Positions 40,847-49,965 of a stretch of DNA of 64,000 bases are shown piece after piece. Below the pieces are notes generated by a model. It saw nothing but the letters and a program-made list of their open reading frames with translations. It was not told the origin of the DNA and did no database searches. The first letter of the stretch is position 1. Each line of letters starts with the position of its first letter. This stretch comes from Armatimonadota bacterium (GTDB lineage Bacteria > Armatimonadota > SYMT01), in NCBI GenBank assembly GCA_041690135.1, contig JAWLHY010000001.1, positions 224,001-288,000 of the forward strand, read 5' to 3'. The translations under genes were made by a program, and so were the position numbers.

Positions 40847-42193
40847 GTGTTTATTTCACCCCGGTGGGGACGGAAACCTGTGGTCTGGGGCGTCGGCGCA
40901 CTCGCGCTGGCCTCCGGAGGTCTCTTCGCCCTGCGGAAACCGGCGTTGCCCACCCCGGTGCCCGTACCGGCCGTCGCCGGTGAACCCTCGCCGGCAAAGG
41001 AATCTAAGCTGCCGCCGGATGGGACGATCCGGATTGGGCTTCGCAGTCTCAACGGTCGTCCCGCTCTCCGCATGCGGCTCCCCGGCGGCGGCCATGCTTT
41101 CGCCACGGAAGGCGGTCGGAGCCTCGGCAAACTGCCGGACACTCCCCTCCAGGTAGTCGCGGATTTTCAGTCGGGGCAGGTGCTGGTAAAGGGGAAGGGA
41201 GTGCGCTTGCAAAGCACGGACCTCATCCTCGCGGGTAAGGGCCTGCTCCAGGTCGGGTCGCGCCGGTACCCCGGTAAGCTGCGCTTGCGCCTGGAAGGCA
41301 CCGGCCTCCACCTCACCAATGAGCTTGATATCGAGCAGTATCTGGAAGGTGTCCTTCCCGGCGAGATTCCCCGCAGCTTCGGCATGGAAGCGCAGAAGGC
41401 TCTCGCCGTGGCGGCCCGGAGTTACGCCCTCGTGCAGCAGGGCAAGCACGGGGAATTCGATCTGTGCGACCGCCCCTGCTGCCAGATGTACCTGGGGTAT
41501 CATCGGGGCTCGGACCGGGGGCTGGCCGCGGTGCGGGCCACCCGGCGGCAGTGCCTGTGGTCCGGGGAAGATCTGGTCTACGCCTTCTACTCCGCGGATT
41601 GCGGCGGCATCAGCACGCGGGTCGAAGACGTGCCTCTGAAGGATAAGCCGGAGGAGCCGCTGCCTTACCTGGTCCCGGTCCGCGACCGGAAAGGGGGCAG
41701 CGCCGACTTCTGCGCTTCCAGCCCGTACCACGACTGGACCAAACGGCTCACCCTGGCCGATGTTGAGAGGCGCCTGAACTCCGAGCCGGAAACCACGGTC
41801 GGCAAACTCCTCGACCTGCAGGTTGAGGAGACGGATGCCACGGGACGGGTCCTAGCGGTCCGGGTGAAGTGCCGTCCGGCACCGGAAGGGGAGGCGTCGG
41901 GAACTGCGGGCTCTGCGCCGGCGCCGGAGGAGAAGACCCTGGACGGCTGGCAATTCCGCCGGTCCGTCGGTCCGATGACTCTGAAAAGTACGCTCTACAC
42001 GATCGATCAGCCGCAGCCGGGTGTCTACCGGTTTGTGGGCAAAGGCTTCGGGCACGGTCTGGGTCTCTGCCAGATCGGCGCCAACGGCATGGCGAAGCAG
42101 GGCTACGACTTCCGCGAGATCCTGGAGCACTATTATCCGGGGACACGCGTAGCCGCCCTCGACCCGCCCGCGGATACCCAGGCCGCTGAATAG
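40847..42193 (+). CDS. SpoIID/LytB domain protein; start uncertain
   Basis: EQYLEGVLPGEI, QKALAVAARSY, CQMYLG, GFGHGLGLCQIGANGMA, ILEHYYPG; N-terminal membrane anchor. Confidence 0.88.
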   Translation: MFISPRWGRKPVVWGVGALALASGGLFALRKPALPTPVPVPAVAGEPSPAKESKLPPDGTIRIGLRSLNGRPALRMRLPGGGHAFATEGGRSLGKLPDTPLQVVADFQSGQVLVKGKGVRLQSTDLILAGKGLLQVGSRRYPGKLRLRLEGTGLHLTNELDIEQYLEGVLPGEIPRSFGMEAQKALAVAARSYALVQQGKHGEFDLCDRPCCQMYLGYHRGSDRGLAAVRATRRQCLWSGEDLVYAFYSADCGGISTRVEDVPLKDKPEEPLPYLVPVRDRKGGSADFCASSPYHDWTKRLTLADVERRLNSEPETTVGKLLDLQVEETDATGRVLAVRVKCRPAPEGEASGTAGSAPAPEEKTLDGWQFRRSVGPMTLKSTLYTIDQPQPGVYRFVGKGFGHGLGLCQIGANGMAKQGYDFREILEHYYPGTRVAALDPPADTQAAE

Positions 42194-42309
42194 CACGCGG
42201 GAAGATCCCTGCGTTTGTCCGCCGACCCGCGGGAACCGTTCCGGGGGTCCCATGCGAATATAGGTTGGGTCGCTCCAGCCCTCTTTGAATTCATTTCGGA
42301 ACATCTGCC

Positions 42310-42462
42310 ATGAAGCGTTACGTCCCCCTCGTCGCAATGGTCGTCGCCCTGATGGCGGTCGCTCATGTCATCGAGCTCACCGCCCGCCCCGACTCCGGCC
42401 GCCGCCCCGACTCCGGCGCCACCAACGTCCAGGTAGACAGCCACGCCGGCCATAACCATTAA
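42310..42462 (+). CDS. 50-aa exported or membrane-anchored peptide with His-rich tail (not in ORF track)
   Basis: Hand translation MKRYVPLVAMVVALMAVAHVIELTARPDSGRRPDSGATNVQVDSHAGHNH*; mostly G/C third positions. Confidence 0.65.
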   Translation: MKRYVPLVAMVVALMAVAHVIELTARPDSGRRPDSGATNVQVDSHAGHNH

Positions 42463-42464
42463 TC

Positions 42465-42771
42465 GGGGGCCAGGGGCCAGGGGCCAGGGGAAGTAGGCGG
42501 TAGGCAGCGGGCAGTGGGCAGGGAGCAGCGGGCAAAATCCCGACGCGTCTAATCTGTCCGATCCGACCCATCCGTCCGCTGCCTGAACACCCGAACGTTT
42601 ACCCCCCAAAGGGGGGCCTGAACGCCAGAATAATGCTGTTGGGAAACTCGATCGCGGGCAGTTGCACTGCAGCCGATCGAGCGGCAAATGACCGCTGAAC
42701 ACCCGAACACCCGAACATTTACCCCCCTCGGGGGGCCCGAACACCCGAACACCCGAACACCTGAACACCGA
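42465..42771. repeat. Composite short-repeat region (GGGGCCA heptamers, GGCAGYG runs, CCCGAACA octamers)
   Basis: GGGGCCA x3 from about 42466; CCCGAACA runs at 42582-42597, 42696-42717, 42736-42771; TTTACCCCC-loop-GGGGGCCYGAAC twice. Confidence 0.75.
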
Positions 42772-42842
42772 AAGGCCGTGATACCCTTTGTTCGGGCCCT
42801 GCGCAGCCCCGCGGAGCCGGATTGCCCGCGCACGGGAGGGGT

Positions 42843-43694
42843 ATGGACGGGTCGGAAGTGGGTCCAGAGCGAAAGCGGCGTTCTCCACTGCTGGTGTTCG
42901 GCTTGCTTCTGGCGGTGGGCCTGATCCTTACGGGAGTATTCGCTCCCTGGCTGGCCCCCTACGACCCCCTGCAGCCGGACCCGCGCGTGCCGGTCGGGCT
43001 CCCCGCACCCCCGAGCTCTCAACACCTGTTGGGGACCGACTCCCGAGCCCGCGACGTGCTCAGCCGGCTCATCCATGGCGCCCGGCTCTCCTTATCCGTG
43101 GGCCTGGGGGCCATGGTGCTCGCCGTGGGGCTGGGGACGCTGGTCGGCGTGCTGGCAGGCTACTTCCGGGGGAGTGTGGACGTCCTTCTGATGCGCCTCA
43201 CCGACGTGGTGATGGCGTTCCCCGCGATTCTCCTCGCGCTGGCCGCCGCCACGGTACTCCCGCAGCGGAACGCCTGGACGCTCATCCTCGTCATCGGGCT
43301 GATCAGCTGGACGGCCGCGGCCCGTATTTTCCGGAGTGAGACGCTTTCCCTGCGGGAGAGGGTCTACGTGGAAGCGGCCCGCTCGATGGGCGCCTCGCAC
43401 GGGCGCATTCTCGCCCGGCACATTCTCCCGCATCTCCTGCCGACTTTGCTCGTGGTGGCGAGCCTCAGTACGGCGGCTACCATCCTGATGGACGCGGGGC
43501 TATCCTTCTTGAACGTGGGCGTGCCCGCTCCCGCACCGACCTGGGGCTCCATGCTACTGGATGCCCAGCAATACTATTCCGTGGCGCCCTGGCTGGCTGT
43601 CTGGCCCGGTCTGGCGGTATTGTTGACCGTAGCTTCCTTCAACCTGATTGCCTTTGAGCTTCGCCGGCGAGAGAGCCGCGGAGCGAAGGGCTGA
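42843..43694 (+). CDS. Peptide/nickel ABC transporter permease (DppC/OppC-like)
   Basis: HLLGTDSRARDVLSR, YVEAARSMGAS..HILP, PTWGSML. Confidence 0.92.
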   Translation: MDGSEVGPERKRRSPLLVFGLLLAVGLILTGVFAPWLAPYDPLQPDPRVPVGLPAPPSSQHLLGTDSRARDVLSRLIHGARLSLSVGLGAMVLAVGLGTLVGVLAGYFRGSVDVLLMRLTDVVMAFPAILLALAAATVLPQRNAWTLILVIGLISWTAAARIFRSETLSLRERVYVEAARSMGASHGRILARHILPHLLPTLLVVASLSTAATILMDAGLSFLNVGVPAPAPTWGSMLLDAQQYYSVAPWLAVWPGLAVLLTVASFNLIAFELRRRESRGAKG

Positions 43695-43702
43695 ACCCGA
43701 GA

Positions 43703-45283
43703 ATGAGAGAACGCTCGATGAGCCTCCGTATGCACTCTGGTCCCTTCCCCTTGGCTCCCGCGCTGCGGGCGCTCCTCCTGGCGGGCATCCTCCCCCTGGC
43801 GGTAGGCTGCGGCGGCGGGGGAGAGAGCACCGGATCCTCCGCGGGCGGCGCTGGCGGATCCGGCGAGCAGGTGCTTACCGTGGCGACGGCGGAAGTCGCA
43901 AGCTCGGTCGACCCGGCCATGGCGTTTGACACCTGGTCCACCGCCATCGTGCACGCGGTCACCCGCCGCCTGGTGGACTACGACCAGGATGCCAAGCTGA
44001 TCCCCGACCTGGCGGAGAGGTGGGAGACCTCCAGCGACGGTAAGACCTACACCTTCCATCTGAAGCCGGACGCGAAGTTCGCCGACGGCACGCCCATCGA
44101 GGCCAAGCACTTCCAGTCCGCCATCCGGCGCGTGCAGGATCCCGAAACGGGGTCGCCGGGCGCCGATTTCTATGCGGGCATTTCCGAGGTCGAAGCGCCG
44201 GACGCGCGGACCCTGGTCGTGAAGCTGAAGGCCCCGGACCCGACCCTGCCCAACGTGATGGGGATGACCTTCGCGGCGCCGATCCAGGAGAACCCGGACC
44301 CGATGCGGCCCGTTTCCAGCGGTCCCTATCAGTTGGAGACTTTCGAGCCGGGCTCGCAGGTGGTGCTGAAAAAGAACCCGAACGACACCGCGGCCGCCGG
44401 CTGGGTCGATCGCATCGTCATCCAGCTCAAGGTCGAAGAGCCCCTGCAGATGACCCGCCTGCGCAACGGCGAAGTGGACCTGCTTCCGGGTATCCCTCCC
44501 GCGGAGTACGCGCGGGTCATGAACGACCCCTCCGAGAAGGACAATGTCGCCCAGGGGGTGGTGAACCAGACGTGGTATTTCGGGGTGAACGTGACGCATG
44601 CCCCCTGGGATAACCCGCGGGTCCGGGAAGCGGCTTTCCTGGCCCTCAACCGCGCCAACCAGGTGTCGGTCGCGGGAGCGGGGCAGGTCGCCAACGCCAT
44701 CCTGCCGCCGTATGTGCCCGCGTACGATGCCTCCCGCAAGCTACCGGACCAGAACGTTGCCCGGGCCAAACAGTTGCTCCAGGAAGCCGGGTACACGCCC
44801 GGCAAGAAGTCGGTGATGTGGCTCTCCAACAGCGCGGTCTACCAGCGCCGGGCCGAGTTGATCCAGAGCGATCTCGCCGCCATCGGAATTCCCGTCGAGC
44901 TACGCCCCGTTACGTTCAGCGAATACCGCAAAGGGTACCGGAACGATGCGGACTGCTGGTACGGCGGCTGGTATCCGGACTTTCCGGACGCGGGCAATTT
45001 CCTGGAGCCGGTGTTCCACAGCCGGAACATCGGGCCCGGGAAGAACAATGCCGCGCACTACCGCAACCCCCAGGTGGACACCCTTCTCGAGAAGGCCCGG
45101 ATCACCCCGCCGGGTGACGAGCGCATCGCCCTCTACCGCCAGGCGGAGGACATCCTGTTGAAGGACCTGCCCTGGATGCCGCTCTACTATGAAATGGAGA
45201 CGCGCTACTTCCGGGACAATGTGGAGGGCGTGGTGGTCCATCCGGTCTGGCGACAGATGCTCACCGGGATCCGGAAGCAGTAG
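43703..45283 (+). CDS. ABC transporter substrate-binding lipoprotein (family 5)
   Basis: AVGC lipobox, PDLAERWETSSDGKTYTFHLK..FADG, SGPY, WYPDFPD. Confidence 0.92.
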   Translation: MRERSMSLRMHSGPFPLAPALRALLLAGILPLAVGCGGGGESTGSSAGGAGGSGEQVLTVATAEVASSVDPAMAFDTWSTAIVHAVTRRLVDYDQDAKLIPDLAERWETSSDGKTYTFHLKPDAKFADGTPIEAKHFQSAIRRVQDPETGSPGADFYAGISEVEAPDARTLVVKLKAPDPTLPNVMGMTFAAPIQENPDPMRPVSSGPYQLETFEPGSQVVLKKNPNDTAAAGWVDRIVIQLKVEEPLQMTRLRNGEVDLLPGIPPAEYARVMNDPSEKDNVAQGVVNQTWYFGVNVTHAPWDNPRVREAAFLALNRANQVSVAGAGQVANAILPPYVPAYDASRKLPDQNVARAKQLLQEAGYTPGKKSVMWLSNSAVYQRRAELIQSDLAAIGIPVELRPVTFSEYRKGYRNDADCWYGGWYPDFPDAGNFLEPVFHSRNIGPGKNNAAHYRNPQVDTLLEKARITPPGDERIALYRQAEDILLKDLPWMPLYYEMETRYFRDNVEGVVVHPVWRQMLTGIRKQ

Positions 45284-45286
45284 TCC

Positions 45287-46210
45287 GTGATTGCGTTTCT
45301 GGTCAAACGGTTGCTCTGGGCCATGGTGATCCTGCTGGGGGTCACCATGCTCACGTTCGTGGTGGTCTACCGGATCCCCGCGGACCCGGCCGCCATGCAG
45401 GCCGGGGCCAGCGCCAGCCCGGAGACGATCGCGCGGATCCGCCACCGGTTGAAGCTCGACCGCCCGGTCTGGGAGCAGTACCTGACCTTCCTGTCCCGGC
45501 TGACCCGCGGGGACCTGGGTGAGTCGTTCTCCGAGCGGCGACCGGTGGCCGAGGCGATCCGCGAGCGCCTTCCCGCCACGATTCAACTGGCGCTGGCCGG
45601 ATGGACGGCCTGGCTGGTCCTGGGTACGCTTCTGGGCGTGTGGGTTGCCGCCCGGCCCACGCGCCTTCGAGAGGGGGCGCTGCTTTTCTTCTCGATCCTG
45701 GGGGTATCCACCCCCACCTTCTGGATCGGGATCGTCCTGCTCGCCCTTTTCGTCGGCCGGCTGCACCTGCTGCCCGCCGGAGGCATGGGCACCTGGAAGC
45801 ACCTGATCCTGCCGGTCACCGCGCTGGCCGTTACCGGGGTCGCGTACTATGCCCGGCTGGCGCACTCCAGCATGACGGAAACCCTGCGCCAGGACTTCAT
45901 CCGCACCGCCACCGCCAAGGGCGTCGCGCCGCGCGCCATCCTCTGGCGCCATGCCCTCCGCAATGCCCTCCTGCCCCTGGTCACCATCGCGGGCACGGAC
46001 CTCGCCGCGCTCCTGGGCGGGGTTGTCTTCACGGAGACCGTCTTCGACTGGAAGGGCATGGGACAGCTTGCCGTGAGCGCCGTAGGGACCCTCGACATCC
46101 CGGTCATCGTGGGGGTCGTGCTCGTTTCGGCGGTCTTCGTCGTCCTCGCCAACCTGGCCGTCGACCTGCTCTACCCCTTCCTCGATCCACGGATCCGGGT
46201 GGAGGAATAA
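45287..46210 (+). CDS. Peptide/nickel ABC transporter permease (DppB/OppB-like)
   Basis: GDLGES, DFIRTATAKG, HALRNAL, ETVFDWKG, DLLYPFLDPRIR. Confidence 0.93.
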   Translation: MIAFLVKRLLWAMVILLGVTMLTFVVVYRIPADPAAMQAGASASPETIARIRHRLKLDRPVWEQYLTFLSRLTRGDLGESFSERRPVAEAIRERLPATIQLALAGWTAWLVLGTLLGVWVAARPTRLREGALLFFSILGVSTPTFWIGIVLLALFVGRLHLLPAGGMGTWKHLILPVTALAVTGVAYYARLAHSSMTETLRQDFIRTATAKGVAPRAILWRHALRNALLPLVTIAGTDLAALLGGVVFTETVFDWKGMGQLAVSAVGTLDIPVIVGVVLVSAVFVVLANLAVDLLYPFLDPRIRVEE

Positions 46211-46343
46211 CTTGGAGTTTATTCCGCAAATGGGATGCTGATTGACGCCCGTAGCCGGGACGGTGAGAGGGAGTGGTGGGGGTTCGTGTCCGCTACGGGT
46301 CAATCGGACTGTAGGGAATGCGACGCCGTTCCATTCCGCAATC

Positions 46344-46446
46344 GGTGACGCTGATCCCGTTGAGCCAGACCGAACCAGTTCTGTACCCAGACTGCCACGT
46401 GTTGGCCGAATGGGATCAACCGCAGGTCAGCGGAACGCTACGGCGA
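46344..46446. repeat. 103-bp dispersed structured repeat, copy 1
   Basis: Ungapped match to 49534-49636, 79/103 identical by hand count. Confidence 0.75.
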
Positions 46447-46584
46447 GACGTTCCCTACAGGTACCGCGTGCCAAAGTTTGCGATCGACATAAGGGCCAGC
46501 GCGGAGGATGGTGCGGATCATACTGCTATCTCCTGACACGATCATACCTTTCACTGCCCTTACCAGTCGACCCTGATGGATGTA

Positions 46585-47805
46585 TCAATTCAAATGCTCA
46601 GGGCGCTCCATTACGGTGACCAGGCGAAGGCGTCCTCCTTCGGCCCGGGCTTCGGTAGCCTCGGCTTCCAGGCGTCGGCGTTTCTCCTGGTACATGGCGG
46701 CATCTGCCCGCGCCAGCAGGTCGTCGTCCCCCGGCTGACCATCGGCCAGCCCAATACTCAGCGTGACCGGGAAGGGGAACGCTTCGGCTTCGTTCAGGCG
46801 CTGAAGCCGGGCTCGCACCCTCCGGATGACGTGCTGCCCGTCTTCCAGCGTGGTGTCGGGCATCAACATCACGAATTCGTCTCCGCCGTAGCGGGCCACC
46901 ACATCGCCGGCCCGCACACTGCCCAGCATCCGCCCCAACGCTTCCAGTACCCGGTCCCCCGCCAGGTGGCCCCAGGTGTCGTTGATCCGCTTCATGCAAT
47001 CCACGTCGACCATTGCCAGGCACATCGGCCGGCCGTTGCGAACGGATCGGGCCGTCTCCCGGCGGTAGTGCTCCTCGAAGTGCCGTCGACTGCCCACCCC
47101 CGTCAGGGGATCGGTCTGGGATTCTTCGAGCAAGGCCTGGTAGGTGCGGGCCGCCGCAATGGCGGAAGCCAGGATCGCGGCAATCGTCCGTAAGATTCGC
47201 AGCGTTTCGAGGCCAGGACGGTCCCTGCGCCGGGCCTGGACGATCAGCAGCCCTTGCGTCCGGCCGTCGGCGGCGAGCACGAGACCGAACACCGGCCCGC
47301 CGCGATGGTGGGAGAGGCGAGTGCGGAGTTCCGGGTCGAGGGTCTTACCGCTCAGTACGGCGGGCTGGCCGGCCCGCATCGCGCGCAGCAGCTCCCGGCT
47401 CGCAGGAGTGACCCGCTGCGCGTCTTCCAGGTGGGCCGGATGGGCATTGAGGCTGGAAGTGAGGACCAGGTCGCCGCGCCCATCCAGCAGCCGCAGGCAG
47501 GCGGTCCGCGCGAACAGGAGGCGACATACCTGGAGCACGCCCGCATCCAGCGTGGCCTGGATCTCCCGCGGCCGTCCGGCCTTGAGCGCCAGGTCTTCCA
47601 GGATTTTCATCGGGCGCTCGCGCTCCCCCTGGGTGCCCGCGATCCGTCGCGACACCCAGCCGGCGAGAAGCGCGTAACCTGCAAGACGTACCACGATCCA
47701 GACGGGGGAAGCCGGGGAGGGGAGTGCCGGCGACAGGCCGCCCGCTGCGGCGCAAATACCCTCCGCCAGGATCAGCACGCCGAACATTCCGAACCCGAGG
47801 CTCAT
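46585..47805 (-). CDS. Membrane-anchored GAF-GGDEF diguanylate cyclase; start uncertain
   Basis: DPLTG, INDTWGHLAGD, RAGDVVARYGGDEF (RxxD I-site), ADAAMY; two N-terminal hydrophobic segments. Confidence 0.9.
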   Translation of the reverse strand: MSLGFGMFGVLILAEGICAAAGGLSPALPSPASPVWIVVRLAGYALLAGWVSRRIAGTQGERERPMKILEDLALKAGRPREIQATLDAGVLQVCRLLFARTACLRLLDGRGDLVLTSSLNAHPAHLEDAQRVTPASRELLRAMRAGQPAVLSGKTLDPELRTRLSHHRGGPVFGLVLAADGRTQGLLIVQARRRDRPGLETLRILRTIAAILASAIAAARTYQALLEESQTDPLTGVGSRRHFEEHYRRETARSVRNGRPMCLAMVDVDCMKRINDTWGHLAGDRVLEALGRMLGSVRAGDVVARYGGDEFVMLMPDTTLEDGQHVIRRVRARLQRLNEAEAFPFPVTLSIGLADGQPGDDDLLARADAAMYQEKRRRLEAEATEARAEGGRLRLVTVMERPEHLN

Positions 47806-47996
47806 CCGTTCCTGCCCGCCTTCGCGCATCGTCATTCCCTGCGCAGATTGTCGGACGCTTAGCCGGCCGTCTAACAGGCGAACACCGGCCCGCCCCGCTC
47901 TCATGATTATGATCGGACTCTGGCGGGCGAGACGCCCGCCCCACTCCGCCTCTCACCTCCCGTCCCCCGGATGTTGCATGATAAGGACGGGAGATT

Positions 47997-49493
47997 ATGC
48001 CAATGCCGGAAACCATCGACACACTCATCATCGGGGGCGGGTTCGCGGGCCTCACCGCCGGCGCGCTGCTGGCGAAGGCGGGCCGGAAGGTCGCCGTTTT
48101 CGAGAAGCATTCCAAGCTGGGGGGCTACGCCCAATACTTCGGAACGCCGCAGTTCGACGCGTCCACCCACCTGATCGGTGGGGCCGGTCCGGAAGGGACC
48201 ACCCGGGCCATCCTGGAGCGAACGGGTGCGTTCGAGCGGGCGGAGTTGGTGCCGCTCGACCCACTCTATGCCGCCGTTTTTCCCGAGCAGAACTACACCG
48301 TTTCTCCCGACCCAGAGCGGTTTCGGCAGGAGTTGGCCACCCTCTGGCCGGGCGAGGCGGAGGGGATCCGCCGCTTCTTTCACGACATCGCGCAGCTCGG
48401 TCGCGAGTACGCGGCGCTGCCGGAGGAGCCGCAGGCCACCTCGCTGCTGGTGAAGCATCACGAACACACCCTGGATGAGTTCCTGAATGGCTACACCCGC
48501 AACGAGCAGGTTCGGGCCGCTCTCTCCGCGCTCTGGCTCTTTGCCGGCTTGCCGCCGCGCAGCCTTTCCGCGGGCTATTACGCCTGGCTCTGGCACAGCT
48601 TCCACACGCAGGGCTCCGGCTTCGTCCGGGGCGGTATTCGCAACCTGGCCCATGCCCTGGCCGACCTCATCACCGCGACGGGCGGGATTGTGGAAACCGG
48701 GACCCCTGTCGCGCGCATCACCCGCAACCGCGGCTGGGTGACCGGAGCGGTCACCGCGGACGGCCGGGAATTCGCCACCCGGTCCGTGATCTCCACCGCC
48801 AGCCCCCACGACACCTTCGATGAACTGCTCGCCGCCGAAGGGCAGCCCGCCGCGGGCTATCCGGCTTTGCGGTCCTTCGCCACCTCCGTCTCCGCCCTCA
48901 CGGTGCACCTGCTGGTCGAGGGTCCCGCGGACGCCGCCGCTCGCACCACCGTACTCCACGACACTTACGACCTTTCCGGCGCGTACATCGACGTCCAGCG
49001 CTCCGAACCCGACTACTCGGCACTCGTCTGCTCGGTGCTCGACCGTGGCGACACCGAGCGGGTGCCGGAGGGGAAACACCTCGTCAGTCTCTTCACGCTC
49101 GCTCCCTACTCCCGGTACGATAACTGGAACGTGCCCCTGGATATGCGGCGGACCAAGGAGTATCGCGCTCTGCCGGACTACCTCGCACTGAAGGAAGAGC
49201 TGGGTGGAGAGCTGGTGCAGCGGGCCGAGCGCCTGCTGCCGGGGCTATCCGGACGGGCTGAGGTCGTGAAGGTCGGCACGCCCATCACCATGGAGCGCTA
49301 CACCTGGAACGCGGGCGGCGCGGCCTACGGGTGGGCCAACCTGCCGCCCCAGTCCGGCGTTTACCGCCCCGGCCCGGAGACCACCTTCGAGGGCCTCTTC
49401 ATGGCCGGCGGCTGGACCTTCCCCGGCGGCACCATCGCCGGCGCGATCGAGTCCGGCCAGCGCGTCGCCGACCTGATCCTAAGCGGCGGCTAA
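47997..49493 (+). CDS. Phytoene desaturase-like FAD-dependent oxidoreductase
   Basis: IIGGGFAGL..VFEK..GG, TPITMERY, GLFMAGGWTFPGG. Confidence 0.85.
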   Translation: MPMPETIDTLIIGGGFAGLTAGALLAKAGRKVAVFEKHSKLGGYAQYFGTPQFDASTHLIGGAGPEGTTRAILERTGAFERAELVPLDPLYAAVFPEQNYTVSPDPERFRQELATLWPGEAEGIRRFFHDIAQLGREYAALPEEPQATSLLVKHHEHTLDEFLNGYTRNEQVRAALSALWLFAGLPPRSLSAGYYAWLWHSFHTQGSGFVRGGIRNLAHALADLITATGGIVETGTPVARITRNRGWVTGAVTADGREFATRSVISTASPHDTFDELLAAEGQPAAGYPALRSFATSVSALTVHLLVEGPADAAARTTVLHDTYDLSGAYIDVQRSEPDYSALVCSVLDRGDTERVPEGKHLVSLFTLAPYSRYDNWNVPLDMRRTKEYRALPDYLALKEELGGELVQRAERLLPGLSGRAEVVKVGTPITMERYTWNAGGAAYGWANLPPQSGVYRPGPETTFEGLFMAGGWTFPGGTIAGAIESGQRVADLILSGG

Positions 49494-49533
49494 GACTCAC
49501 TGTGGGAGTTCCAAGAGGCAAAGTGCAATTGAT

Positions 49534-49636
49534 GGTGAAGCTGATCCCGTTGGGCCAAACCGGACCTTTCCTGACACACGACGGCTACGAGTGGTCCGGA
49601 CGGGATCAGCCCCAGGCCGGCGGAACGCTGCGGCGA
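49534..49636. repeat. 103-bp dispersed structured repeat, copy 2
   Basis: GCTGATCCCGT..ACGGGATCAGC 11-bp stem; homologous to 46344-46446. Confidence 0.75.
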
Positions 49637-49965
49637 CGTGCAAATCTGATCGCCAATGCCAACTCCAGGTCGGGAGCGGCACAGCTCAATCCATCACGCC
49701 TTCCGGTACCCGGCGCATGCGCTGCAGCCGATCGGACGGGGTTCAGCAACAACACGAGCAAAACCTATCTCGGAAGGCTGTGCTCAATCAGGCCCCGCAC
49801 CTTCGGTTAAGCTCACTCTTTCCTTCTTCTCCGTGGCATTCTTTGTGTCTCTGTGTCTCCGTGGTGAGGAAGCCGATAGGGTTTGCGAGGAAGCCCGCCA
49901 TCGGGATAAACTTGAGAGCTATCGCGCTCCATGGGGGAGACGCATATCAGGTCGGAGGGGCAACC

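Noticed and set aside
40847-42193. Sporulation inferred from SpoIID- and SpoIIE-like domains
   Set aside because: Both domains are common in non-sporulating bacteria and no sporulation-specific genes are present.
47997-49493. Carotenoid cluster around the phytoene desaturase-like gene
   Set aside because: No crtB, crtE or cyclase nearby; the family includes many non-carotenoid enzymes.
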